DNA of 64,000 nt from Candidatus Micrarchaeia archaeon (GCA_038874595.1 JAVZCB010000003.1:32001-96000), one strand, 5' to 3'; positions 40,960 through 50,761 are shown, counted from the stretch's first letter. Program-made: numbers and translations. The notes: generated by a model not told the origin, from the letters alone.

Positions 40960-41939
40960 CCCTCTTTTTTCAGAAATTCTTTAAGTTCATTCCCTTTAAG
41001 CCACCATTCATTGTTATCACTTGAATAGTAAAACCCATCTGGGAGATGCTTGTGCTTTTCGTGAGATTCAGAAACCCAGAATGAAAATTCAGGTTCGATA
41101 ATGAAATAGTCTTCCTTGAGTATAGTATGCCGCGCCTCGTCAACACTAATAAGCATCTCATGCAGTTTCTCACCGGGCCTTATACCGATTATCTTCCTTT
41201 TTGCATTTGGCGCCATTACATCTGCAAGGTCAGTTATCTTCACGCTAGGTATTTTTGGGACGAATATCTCACCGCCTTTCATCTCCCTGATGCATCTTAA
41301 TACTAATTCAACCCCCTGCTCCAACGTTATCCAAAACCGCGTCATCCTCTCATCAGTTATAGTGATCTCCCCAGCTTCCCTTTGTTTTAGAAACAGCGGG
41401 ATGACACTGCCATTACTGCCAACCACATTACCATAACGCACACACGAGAACCTGGTCCTCCTTTTTCCACTGTATGCATTTGCTTGTATAAATATCTTTT
41501 CAGCAGCAAGCTTTGTGGTCCCATAAAGGTTTACTGGCTGGACGGCCTTATCAGTGCTAATTGCAACTACCTTCTCAACCTCATTATCAATTGCAGCATC
41601 AACCACGTTTATTGCACCCTCAATATTGGTTCTTACAGCCTCAATAGGGTTATACTCACAGACAGGGACGTGCTTTAACGCAGCGGCGTGCACCACGATA
41701 TCAACACCATTCATGGCCCTGTATAACCTGGCCTTATCTCTAACATCCCCAACAAAAAACCTCAGCCTGTCATCATTAAACTTTCTTTCCATCTCAACCT
41801 GTTTGTGTTCCCCTCTTGAGTATATTCTAACCGAGGCAGGGTTGTATTTCTTTAGCACAATCTCAGTAAACTTTTGGCCGAACGAGCCTGTACCACCAGT
41901 GAGCAGTATTGTTTTTCCGTCGAGTTCCATAACCACCAC
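40950..41939 (-). CDS. pseB: UDP-GlcNAc 4,6-dehydratase (inverting)
   Basis: TGGTGSFG, AALKHVP..EYNP, STDKA..PVNLYG.TK, RYGNV, MTRFWI, GIRPGEKLHE. Confidence 0.93.
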   Translation of the reverse strand: MVVMELDGKTILLTGGTGSFGQKFTEIVLKKYNPASVRIYSRGEHKQVEMERKFNDDRLRFFVGDVRDKARLYRAMNGVDIVVHAAALKHVPVCEYNPIEAVRTNIEGAINVVDAAIDNEVEKVVAISTDKAVQPVNLYGTTKLAAEKIFIQANAYSGKRRTRFSCVRYGNVVGSNGSVIPLFLKQREAGEITITDERMTRFWITLEQGVELVLRCIREMKGGEIFVPKIPSVKITDLADVMAPNAKRKIIGIRPGEKLHEMLISVDEARHTILKEDYFIIEPEFSFWVSESHEKHKHLPDGFYYSSDNNEWWLKGNELKEFLKKEGWL

Positions 41940-42047
41940 TATGCAATTATTAAATTATAACACTTTTTAAGGTTTAATTATACGAGGACCGGTGATTTAG
42001 CCATAGATTTAGCATTAGATTATATGCTTTTTTGTCTTTAACTATAC

Positions 42048-42827
42048 GTGAACAGAAGACAGCTCGCAAACAATATACTCTATAGAATAAACCGTGCTTT
42101 AGATATGCTTTCAGGGGATGCGGAAGGAAAGGCACCAGACAAAGCGTTAATGGTAGAAATAAGAAAAGAATTGCTAAATCTCCCTATAATTTATCAACGC
42201 ATACCATTTAAAGAATTTAAGAATTTTCCATATTATCGTGATCCAGCACCTAGGTTAGAATTAATCAGGAAATATGAGGTTGATTTTAAAGGCAAATCTT
42301 TCCTAGATTTAGGTAGCTGTTTAGGATATTACTGTTTTTCATTGGCTGGTGAAGTAAAAAGAGGTGTTGGTCTAGAGGGGGATGAAAAACTTGTTAAAAT
42401 ATGTAATATGATTAAGAGAATGAAATCTTTAGAAAATATTGAATTCTACAACGGGTTTATTACTCCTCAAAATATAAATAAATTTGGCAAATTTGATTTC
42501 ACCATTTTCTTTTCTACGATGCACCATATCCTTCCTAGTAAAGAGTACTATCCAAGGCCGTATGGGTGGGACGGTGAGCAAGGAGAAGAGTTTGCGCATT
42601 CAATTCTTGATGTTATTTCTAAGAATAGCAAAAGACTTTACTTTGAAATGGGCGTTCCATACGAAGCAGGATGGGAAAAAAGATTGGCATTTATGTTGCC
42701 AGACCCTGTTAAATACATACAAGATATGCTCTCAGAACATTATCCTTCTATTAAAATTATACGTCCACTTGATCTTAAGATTATTAAGCACAATTTGGAT
42801 GGTAGACCTATATTTTTATGTGAATGA
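42048..42827 (+). CDS. SAM-methyltransferase resembling the WbdD N-terminal domain
   Basis: LPIIYQRI..RD..RLELI..LDLGSCLGY..FD..FS.MHHI..RPIFL. Confidence 0.7.
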   Translation: MNRRQLANNILYRINRALDMLSGDAEGKAPDKALMVEIRKELLNLPIIYQRIPFKEFKNFPYYRDPAPRLELIRKYEVDFKGKSFLDLGSCLGYYCFSLAGEVKRGVGLEGDEKLVKICNMIKRMKSLENIEFYNGFITPQNINKFGKFDFTIFFSTMHHILPSKEYYPRPYGWDGEQGEEFAHSILDVISKNSKRLYFEMGVPYEAGWEKRLAFMLPDPVKYIQDMLSEHYPSIKIIRPLDLKIIKHNLDGRPIFLCE

Positions 42828-42849
42828 TACTAAAGATTAGTTGAGATGT

Positions 42850-43983
42850 ATGTATCCGGGCTATCATAATTGGTTATGTCTTTTGGATCTTAAGGATAAA
42901 AGTGTATTGCTTTATTCGAAGGAGGATTATGATACTATATGTAACTTTATAGAAAAATACGGCGGAAAAATTGCTCATAATGAGAAAGAGGTTGATTATC
43001 TTATTTTGGTGAATGTGCCGAAAAGCAAGATTGATATAGGAAATATAAAATATACCGTTTTGGTTGAGGTTGCAGATAACAAGATTTCATATTACGGAAT
43101 TAATCCCTCTGGTCAGGTTTCTATTTTTGGTAGTTATGATAGATATGTTGTTTTTAGGAGGCCACATGAGAGGGGTTACAAATATGTTGCACCATTTTCT
43201 GCGCCCATCGATCTTTATATACCAAGATATAGCGGTTCTTTTGCAAGAAAAAGTTTTCTTGTCTGGCTGGCGCATGCTTTTAGCCCTTTATTTAAAAGGA
43301 TGATGCCTGCCGAAATAAGAATTTATGGTAAGCAAAAGAATCCAATCGAGGAAAAAATAGGAAAAGTTGTGTGGTCAAAATTTAAATCAAAGTACTTTGA
43401 TTATTCTATAATTGGTGATACAAAAAGAGATGACAAGAGTAGGATTGTATGTATTGTAAGTGTTGGTAATAGAAAGTACATAACGAAATTCCCTAGATGG
43501 GGGTATAGTGGTAATCTTAATTCAGAATACAAGAAACTATCGAGGCTTATTTCATTGGGTGTTACAAATCAGAAAGCGATTTATTCAGATAATCCAACAT
43601 GCTTGATAATTGAGTATGTTGAAGGCAATAATCTCTTGGATGAATTTGCTATCACAAGGGATATAAAGTTATTAAAGAGAGCAATTTTAGAGGTTGCCAA
43701 GTTTCACAAAAAATCTGCACGCGTAGGGGTTCCGGTATCTCATGGTGATTTGGGAGCAGTTAATTTTATTGTTTCTAAGAAAGGTGAAATACAAATAATC
43801 GATTGGGAGAGCGCCAAATTCACAAGAGACCAGAAAAGTGATAAGGAGAAAGCAATAAATGCATTATCTATTCTTTATCATAAGGTTATGAGAGAACAAT
43901 GCTGTTTTGATAACAAGCATTCTTTTATAAGTAATATGCTTACCGAAGCTTATAATGACTTTTTTAAAAAAGCAGACTTTTAA
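42850..43983 (+). CDS. Protein with C-terminal APH/PKL kinase domain (putative glycan kinase)
   Basis: EYVEG, HGDLGAVN, IIDWE motifs. Confidence 0.75.
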   Translation: MYPGYHNWLCLLDLKDKSVLLYSKEDYDTICNFIEKYGGKIAHNEKEVDYLILVNVPKSKIDIGNIKYTVLVEVADNKISYYGINPSGQVSIFGSYDRYVVFRRPHERGYKYVAPFSAPIDLYIPRYSGSFARKSFLVWLAHAFSPLFKRMMPAEIRIYGKQKNPIEEKIGKVVWSKFKSKYFDYSIIGDTKRDDKSRIVCIVSVGNRKYITKFPRWGYSGNLNSEYKKLSRLISLGVTNQKAIYSDNPTCLIIEYVEGNNLLDEFAITRDIKLLKRAILEVAKFHKKSARVGVPVSHGDLGAVNFIVSKKGEIQIIDWESAKFTRDQKSDKEKAINALSILYHKVMREQCCFDNKHSFISNMLTEAYNDFFKKADF

Positions 43984-44017
43984 GTAGCTTTTTAACTTTC
44001 ATGATTTAATTAGATAT

Positions 44018-45457
44018 GTGAGTCGGCTTATAAAAGATTCATTTTTCACAACGTTTACATTTTTTGCCGAGCGTAGTTTCGGTTTTGTAAGAGAACTTAT
44101 TCTTGCATCTTTGCTTGGTCCAACAGCGATGGGCCTTCGAAATATAATTTTAGTATTAAATGGTTATAGTTTGTACTTGCCTCTCGGTGTCAATATCGAG
44201 GTTTATAGAAAAATTACAAAAAATCTCAACAGGAACACACAAGATGTTATAAAAGACCAAAAGATTGTTATGTCATGGAGTTTTTTCACTTCTCTACTAC
44301 TTACAGTAATAATAGTTCTATATATATTATCTGCGGATCTTCCTATTGAATTTAGGATTGCACTAATCTTTTTGATTTTGATGTCTATTTTTTTGTTATT
44401 TACAAATCCGCTAGCATATTTTTTGCATGCGGCAGGCGAGTTTAAAAAAGCTAGTATGATTGAATCGGTAAAAGTTTTTCTTGATTTTATCCTAACAGTC
44501 CTCCTCGCATACTATTTTGGTTTTCTTGGTGCGGTCTTAGGCCTTTCAATAGCGCTCTTTATTAGGTATATGCTATACAGAAAAGCATTTAGCAAGTATA
44601 ATATTTCATTCGAGTGGGATTACATATTCAAGAGATGGGACGATTTCATAAAAACACTTAAAGCGGGCCTGCGCCTTTTTATGACATCGATTGCGAGCAC
44701 TATTTACGCGCAGGTTGACAGCTTAATTACAGTTGTAATGCTTGGCCCTGCAGCGTTGGGTATATATGGCATTGCAACCACCCTTAATCAATTAATCTAT
44801 GGCACATACGGCTCAACTGTAATCCCGGTAGGCCAAAGGATGTACAAATCCGCAGATGACGAAGCAAAACTAAAAAGATATTTGGATATGCTCTCAGGCA
44901 TATCTTCGTATCTGATGGTATTTCCTATAATTGCAATAGTTCTAATTTCACCGTATATAATAAACTACTTTATACCAGCATTTAGTGATGCGATCCCGGT
45001 AATAGGTGTGCTTGCGGTTGCATCATTCTTCAATGTAACTTTAAACCCCATTTCAAATTACTTACTTACAAAACGCAAAGAGAACCTAATCACAATCTCA
45101 ACATTAGTTGCGGCCACACTCAACCTCATTCTTAATATATACTTAATCCAGCAAGGGTATGGCTTAACGGGCGTAGCGTATGCAACCTCAATTTCCTACT
45201 TTGTTAATTTTGCACTTTTGATGTATCTTTCAAAAGCGCTTGAGCTGGGGAAGGTGCTCGAAGACCTTCTTCCTTTCATTTACCTAATATCTGTACTTTG
45301 GGCATGGACTACAAACTATACAATATATTTGCTGCCTGTGTTTACAATAATTTACGTACCTATTTTACTGTATGTATTTTACAAGCGTGGCATACTTTCT
45401 TATTTGCTTAATGTAATAAGCGAGCTCAAGGCGAAGTTGCTATTGCAAAAGCGTTAA
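44018..45457 (+). CDS. MOP-family oligosaccharide flippase (Wzx/AglR-like)
   Basis: About 12-14 TM helices; LG...G motifs, QVD, LN..LN.YLI..YG.TG.AYAT. Confidence 0.85.
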   Translation: MSRLIKDSFFTTFTFFAERSFGFVRELILASLLGPTAMGLRNIILVLNGYSLYLPLGVNIEVYRKITKNLNRNTQDVIKDQKIVMSWSFFTSLLLTVIIVLYILSADLPIEFRIALIFLILMSIFLLFTNPLAYFLHAAGEFKKASMIESVKVFLDFILTVLLAYYFGFLGAVLGLSIALFIRYMLYRKAFSKYNISFEWDYIFKRWDDFIKTLKAGLRLFMTSIASTIYAQVDSLITVVMLGPAALGIYGIATTLNQLIYGTYGSTVIPVGQRMYKSADDEAKLKRYLDMLSGISSYLMVFPIIAIVLISPYIINYFIPAFSDAIPVIGVLAVASFFNVTLNPISNYLLTKRKENLITISTLVAATLNLILNIYLIQQGYGLTGVAYATSISYFVNFALLMYLSKALELGKVLEDLLPFIYLISVLWAWTTNYTIYLLPVFTIIYVPILLYVFYKRGILSYLLNVISELKAKLLLQKR

Positions 45458-45517
45458 ATTATTGATTCTTGGTTTTTCTTTTAAATAATTTCTTAGTGTT
45501 TTTTGTAAAGTTTTTTT

Positions 45518-45682
45518 AGTGTGGTTTCTTTTTTAAAAGAAAAAGTACAAGTGTGGTTCTTTCCTTTTCTAAAAGAAAAGAATCCTAAAACTTAGAAAAC
45601 CAAAACAAGCTTTCTTTTCTAGATATAAGTTTTCTTTTCTAGTGTAGTTCTTTTCTTTTTCTAAAAGAAAAGAAGTACAAGG
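45518..45682. repeat. Three imperfect TTCTTT..AAAAGAA hairpin repeats downstream of 23S (likely terminator region)
   Basis: gtgtgg/gtgtag-ttcttt...aaaagaaaa(g)aagtacaag units; read as U-tracts on both strands. Confidence 0.55.
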
Positions 45683-45696
45683 ATGGAAATTTTAAG

Positions 45697-45724
45697 GAAG
45701 TGCATTTGGCATAGAACTATTGTT
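45697..45724 (-). other. 3' strand of the pre-23S BHB processing stem (pairs with 48619-48646)
   Basis: 14-bp GAAGTGCATTTGGC/GCCAAATGCACTTC helix, 4-bp GAAT/GTTC helix, bulges ATC and TAT, inner TATTGTT/AACAATA. Confidence 0.85.
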
Positions 45725-48620
45725 AAGGGCTTTAGTAGCAGTGGACTCGCAAATCGCCGAAGCTCTAAGCTTACATCCCTGCCCTATCAAACCCGTCTGT
45801 TACGGGCGCCCATACTGCGTCGTTTCGGGTGCGGCTTCGACCTTAGATGCTTTCAGGTCTTATCCGCCTGGAGCGCAGCTACCCGGCAGTGCTTTTCACA
45901 ACCGGTATACCGGAGGCTCCGAGCCATCGTTCCTCTCGTACTAAATGGTCCTTCCCCTCACGCATAATCACACTTCCAGTAGATACCACCGTACTGTCTC
46001 GCGACGTACTGAACCCAGCTCACGTAGCTCTTTAACGGATGAACAACCCGACCCTTGGCGGCTTATGCACCACCAGGATGAGCTGAGCCGACAGCGATGT
46101 ATCAAACCGCGAGGTCGATATGTACTCTCGCCCGCGACCAATCGGTTACCCCCGGGGTAACTTGTCTGACAGCTAGGACCCTCACCAAAAGGGAATGCCT
46201 AGGTTCGCTAGACCCGGCTTTCGCCCCTGCGTTCCACGCTTTTAGGAACACAGTCAGCCCGACATTTGTTCTTGTCCCTTACCGGTGGATTTCTGACCCA
46301 CCTAAGTCGAGCATTGGGCACCCTTGTTTCCTTTTCGAGGGCGTACCACCCCAGCCAAACTATCCACCTGCAGCTGTCCTTCGGATGAAGTAAGGGTTAT
46401 CGTCTCCGTTGGGTGGTGTTACAGGATTGACTCCACGCAGCCCAGAAGCTGCGCTTCGACGTCTCCCACCTACGCTCTGCAACAGAAACAATAACCCAAC
46501 AACAGGATATAGTGAAGCTCCACGGGGTCTTCTTTTCCCACTGGAAGACCTCGGTATATTCACCGAGTAATGAGTTCACCAGGTCCCGGGTAGGGACAGT
46601 AGAAGAGACGTTATGCCCTTCATGCAAGCCGCCAATTAAGCGGCGAGGTATTACGCTACCTTAAGAGGGTCAGAGTTACCCCCGCTCTTTACCAGCGCTT
46701 AGGCCCGTTGGACCGGGCTTTCACGTACTGGCAGTGAGCAGGCATCGGCCATTGTACTAAGCCTTACGGCTTTGCAATGACCTGTGTTTTTGGTAAACAG
46801 TCGCTCTTCCCTTGTCACTGCGACCTGCTGATGCAACATTTCTGCAACAACAGCAGGCACCCCTTCTTCCTAAGTTACGAGGCTAATTTTCCGAGTTCCC
46901 TTACCCGAGTTCTCCTGCCACGCCTTGGCCTTTTCAGCCAGGGGCACCTGTATTAGTTCTAGGTACGATCTTGCAGGGTCGTTATCCGCTCACTTTTCGT
47001 GGACTCATGGCCTCAACCGAATCCCCAAACGGGGACCATTCCTCACTTTCAACCACTTCTCCTCATAATGAGTCTCGATGGTTGTATGAGAGTTAGACAG
47101 AGTCTCCTCTGCTCGGCCTAGCCGCAAGTGTCATGAGTGGATCTTGCGTTGCCGCACCTACCTGCAAGGCACCGGAATATTAACCGGTTTCCCTTTCGCT
47201 GTAAGGTGATTGGCCTACAGCTTAGGATCGGCTAACTCTCCGCTGACGAACGTTGCGGAGAAAACCGTGCCCTTTCGGCGTTTGGGATTCTCACCCAAAT
47301 TTGCTGTTACTAACACCAGGATATTCATTCCGCACAGCTCCACAGGACCTCACGGCCCTGCTTCTGCACCGTGCCGACGCCTTCCTACTAGATCACACAC
47401 AGAGTGTGCGCTCCTAGGTATCGGTGGCTGGTATAGCCCCTTTATCTTCGGAAACTGCCCTCTCGGTTGGTCCGCTATTACGCGTTGCTTAGAGGATGGC
47501 TGCTTCTAAGCCTACCTCCCAACTGTCTGTGAGAGGGGTTTCCTTAGCGTTTAGCACTTAACCAGCACTTGGGGACCTTAACCTAAGTCTCGGTCGTTCC
47601 CGTCACGCCCCCCGGGTTTACCCCAGGGCACCCGACTGCACCCTTCTACGACGAGCTAATGTTCGGAGTTTAAAAGGGAAGTAGAGCCTTTCGACTCCGT
47701 GTTTCCCGATTAGTGCTCTACCACTAGTTCAGTCTCCAGGTGCGCCATGCTGAGACATGCTTCGGAAGGAACCCGCTATCGCCATGTTCGAATGGACTTT
47801 CACCCCTATACGTCGGTCACCTAAGCAGATATACTAGCACTAGTTGAGCGCCTCCACCGGTTTTTAGACCGGCTTCGCACTGCCAACGCATAGATCACAA
47901 TGGCTTCGGGTCTTGCAGTAGTGATTAACGCCTTTTCAGACGCCCCACCTCGCTTGTACTGCGTGGGCTCGCTTTCGCTCCGCATTTCTGCTCACCACTC
48001 CTGCAAACTCCCTGGCTCTTGCTTCGAGAAGAAAGACAAGACACTGGTCCCCTCATTTCGTTTCCACCCTCTCGAGTGGTCACTTCAATAAGGATCTACC
48101 CTTTCGCGCCTTGCCAACATGTCGCCATACAGTTTCAGGCTCTTTTAACCCTCCTACCTGGAGTGCTTTTCAGCGTTCCCTCACGGTACTAATCCGCTAT
48201 CGGACTCCGGCATCTGTTTAGATTTAGAGGTTGGTACCCCCATATTCCGACTCCCTCAGGGAGCCGTACTCTTTGCACCTTCCTCCAGCACAATCCGCTT
48301 ACGGGGCTATCACCCTTTATCGCAGAGCTTTCCATCTCACTTCAGCTCATGTACTGGATAGAATTGGTGCACCACATCCGCCCCGAAGTTACCCTCGGGG
48401 AGTTCGGTTTGATTCTGTTGGGCGTTCACTCGCCGTTACTAACCCAATCGCAATTGCTTTCTTTTCCTCCCGCTACTAAGATGCTTCAATTCACGGGGTT
48501 ACAGCCCATTTCTGGGCAACGGGCGATCTCGGGTTCAATGGTCGCATGCACCTACCCCGAGCTTATCGCAGCTTGCCACGGCCCAAAGCCGGAACCAGGC
48601 CATCCCCTGTATGGCTTAAA
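45722..48620 (-). rRNA. rrl: 23S rRNA (ends approximate; no intron seen)
   Basis: Sarcin-ricin loop AGTACGAGAGGAAC, PTC segments, GGTAGCGTAAT; ~2.9 kb. Confidence 0.97.
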
Positions 48621-48818
48621 CAATAGATATTCGCCAAATGCACTTCAACCTCATTTCCATCCTCCCATTCGGGAAGATGTGAGCACTCAACGAAGGAAAC
48701 TCACTGTGTCGCTTTTTAGGCAGTTGTGTGTGAAGCACACAATTTGCAACCGAAGGTTGCAACTCCCAAAAAAGCGTAGTTTTTGGTGTCGCTTTTTAGG
48801 CATCCCAAAAAAGCGACT

Positions 48819-48961
48819 TGCAAAGCGGGCGCTCTACCGGACTGAGCTATGAGCCCTTGAGCACGTCACGTTTCTCGATACCGTGACCTGCAGGATGGAC
48901 TCAGCGAGATGCCCAGCACTTTTTTCCTAAAAAAGTGCTTTTGAACTCGCGGCCTCCCGCT
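48819..48961 (-). tRNA. Circularly permuted tRNA-Ala(UGC): 3' half 48961-48896 (with 59/60 intron 48910-48939), 39-nt linker, 5' half 48856-48819
   Basis: GGGCTCA/TGAGTCC acceptor with G3:U70 and A73; CCCGC/GCGGG anticodon stem; terminal BHB TTTG/CAAA with CA|A and AA|A bulges. Confidence 0.9.
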
Positions 48962-48990
48962 TTTTTGGTGTTTCCTTCTCGTGCCTGTAC

Positions 48991-49025
48991 AGGCTTCAAG
49001 AGATTTAGCTTGAGCAAAAAGGCAA
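48991..49025 (-). other. 3' strand of the pre-16S BHB processing stem (pairs with ~51289-51322)
   Basis: AGGCTTCAAGAGA/TCTCTTGAAGCCT helix, GGCT/AGCT 4-bp helix, TAA and AAA bulges, GAGCAA/TTGCTC inner helix. Confidence 0.75.
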
Positions 49026-49227
49026 TACTACAAACTCTGACCTTGCAACCTTAGAAGATCTCAAATATGCTTACAACCTAACACGTATATTCTTGTTAGG
49101 AGGTGATCTATCCGCAGGTTCCCCTACGGATACCTTGTTACGACTTAGCCCCCCTCATGAAACTCTAGTTCGATAACGGCAAGAACCGCTACCTCACTAG
49201 AACCTCACTTGGGTGACTTGACGGGCA

Positions 49228-49265
<38 letters not shown>

Positions 49266-49283
49266 CTGACATGCGATTACTAG

Positions 49284-49324
<41 letters not shown>

Positions 49325-49509
49325 CACTGGGATGGGGTTTCAGGGATTAGCTCACCCTTTCGGGTTTGCAACCCGTTGTTCCCACCATTGTAGGCCACGT
49401 GTAGCCCGGGAAATTCGGGGCATACTGACCTACCGTCGCTCACTCCTTCCTCCTGCTTAACGCAGGCAGTCCCCTTAGAGTGCTTCCTGGACGAATCCAA
49501 GAATCGCAA

Positions 49510-50004
49510 CTAAGGGCGTGGGTCTCGCTCGTTTCCGGACCACATAGCCTGAGAGTGGGGTTTGATGAAAGTGAGGAATTCTCTGGGAGGGGATGGAATT
49601 AAGTATTTGCCTTCTTTGATGAGCCTGAACCCAAGGCGCTCTATTAGCATCTGCTTATCAGCGCCGACACTGAACATCCTGGGTATTCCGTTCTCATCAA
49701 TAAATCCTGATGCATCGAACACGCCCGCAACAAATGCGGCGCTGTATGCATTCCTGTGTTTGAACCTGAGGTCCATTTCTTTCTCAACCTCTGAGAAGAA
49801 TTTTTTGTACCCTGAGTGGTAGAAATATGCCTTCTTCCCGCTCAGCAGTATCTTGCTTGCGGGCATAAGCCCTGCATTTATAACTGCGCTTATGAAATGC
49901 TCACGCACGTGCGGAAGCCCCCGCACGCCGATTCCTACCCATGATTTTCGTGTAGACCACATACCTATTATATATGCAAGTTCTGGCGTTAGCTTTATTT
50001 TCAT
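49510..50004 (-). CDS. LAGLIDADG homing endonuclease (short two-motif type)
   Basis: LTPELAYIIGMW (degenerate motif 1) and FVAGVFDASG (motif 2); GGGGG SD inside the intron. Confidence 0.85.
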   Translation of the reverse strand: MKIKLTPELAYIIGMWSTRKSWVGIGVRGLPHVREHFISAVINAGLMPASKILLSGKKAYFYHSGYKKFFSEVEKEMDLRFKHRNAYSAAFVAGVFDASGFIDENGIPRMFSVGADKQMLIERLGFRLIKEGKYLIPSPPREFLTFIKPHSQAMWSGNERDPRP

Positions 50005-50043
50005 AATTTCCCCCCATCAAACCTTATCTCAAACTCTGTGATT
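49533..50043 (-). mobile_element. 511-nt archaeal BHB-type 16S intron carrying a homing endonuclease (E. coli ~1093-1101; junction ambiguous, alternative 49541-50051)
   Basis: Interrupts TTAAGTCCGGNAACGAGCG; CCGG/CCGG helix with GAA and AAA bulges and ATCACA/TGTGGT inner helix. Confidence 0.85.
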
Positions 50044-50197
50044 TCCCGGACTTAACCGGACAGTTCACACCACGAGCTGACGATGGCCATGCACCACCTC
50101 TCGGCTTGTCAAGCAAGGTCTTTAGCCTGGCTCTCATTCTGCCGTCGTTCCCGGTAAGATTCCCGGCGTTGAATCCAATTGAACCGCAGCCTCCACG

Positions 50198-50232
<35 letters not shown>

Positions 50233-50332
50233 TAGCCTTGCGGCCGTACTCCCCAGGTGGCAGACTTAACACCTACGCTACGGCACGGCAGCCGCTCAAA
50301 GCTGCTGCCACACCAAGTCTGCATCATTTACA

Positions 50333-50374
<42 letters not shown>

Positions 50375-50446
50375 CTTCGTTCCTCACCGTCGGACGTGTT
50401 TTGGTCAGGCGCCTTCGCCACTGCTGGTCCGCCCAGGATTAACGGA

Positions 50447-50489
50447 TTGTAATCCCGTGGATTGCAAATTGTTGATGCAATCAACAGGT
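50447..50489 (-). other. 43-nt hairpin 16S intron (E. coli ~696/697)
   Basis: GTAA/TTAC helix, AA|A and AA|T bulges; removal restores GGGGTAAAATCC. Confidence 0.82.
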
Positions 50490-50761
50490 TTTTACCCCTA
50501 CCCCGGGCGTACCCCTGACCTCCCCCACTCCCAAGCCTAGCAGTATTACTGGCCCGCCCTTCGGTTAAGCCGAAGGATTTCACCAGCAACTTACAAGGCC
50601 GGCTACGAACGCTTTAGACCCAATATGCGTGGGTACCACTAGTAGTGCCGGTATTACCGCGGCGGCTGGCACCGGTCTTACCCACTCCTTATTCGCCTAG
50701 TTTTTTAGACTAAGCAAAAGGTCTCCCGAAGGAGACCACTCGGAGTTCCCCCATCACACTT

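Noticed and set aside
45458-45720. 5S rRNA downstream of 23S
   Set aside because: Only AT-rich hairpin repeats, with no 5S-like sequence; 5S is presumably unlinked
48819-48961. tRNA-Ala halves as pseudogene fragments or a trans-spliced split tRNA
   Set aside because: The halves are fully complementary, on the same strand 39 nt apart, and joined by a cis BHB, which fits permutation
49533-50043. Group I intron
   Set aside because: The ORF fills nearly the whole insert, leaving no room for a ribozyme core, and the ends form a BHB-like motif
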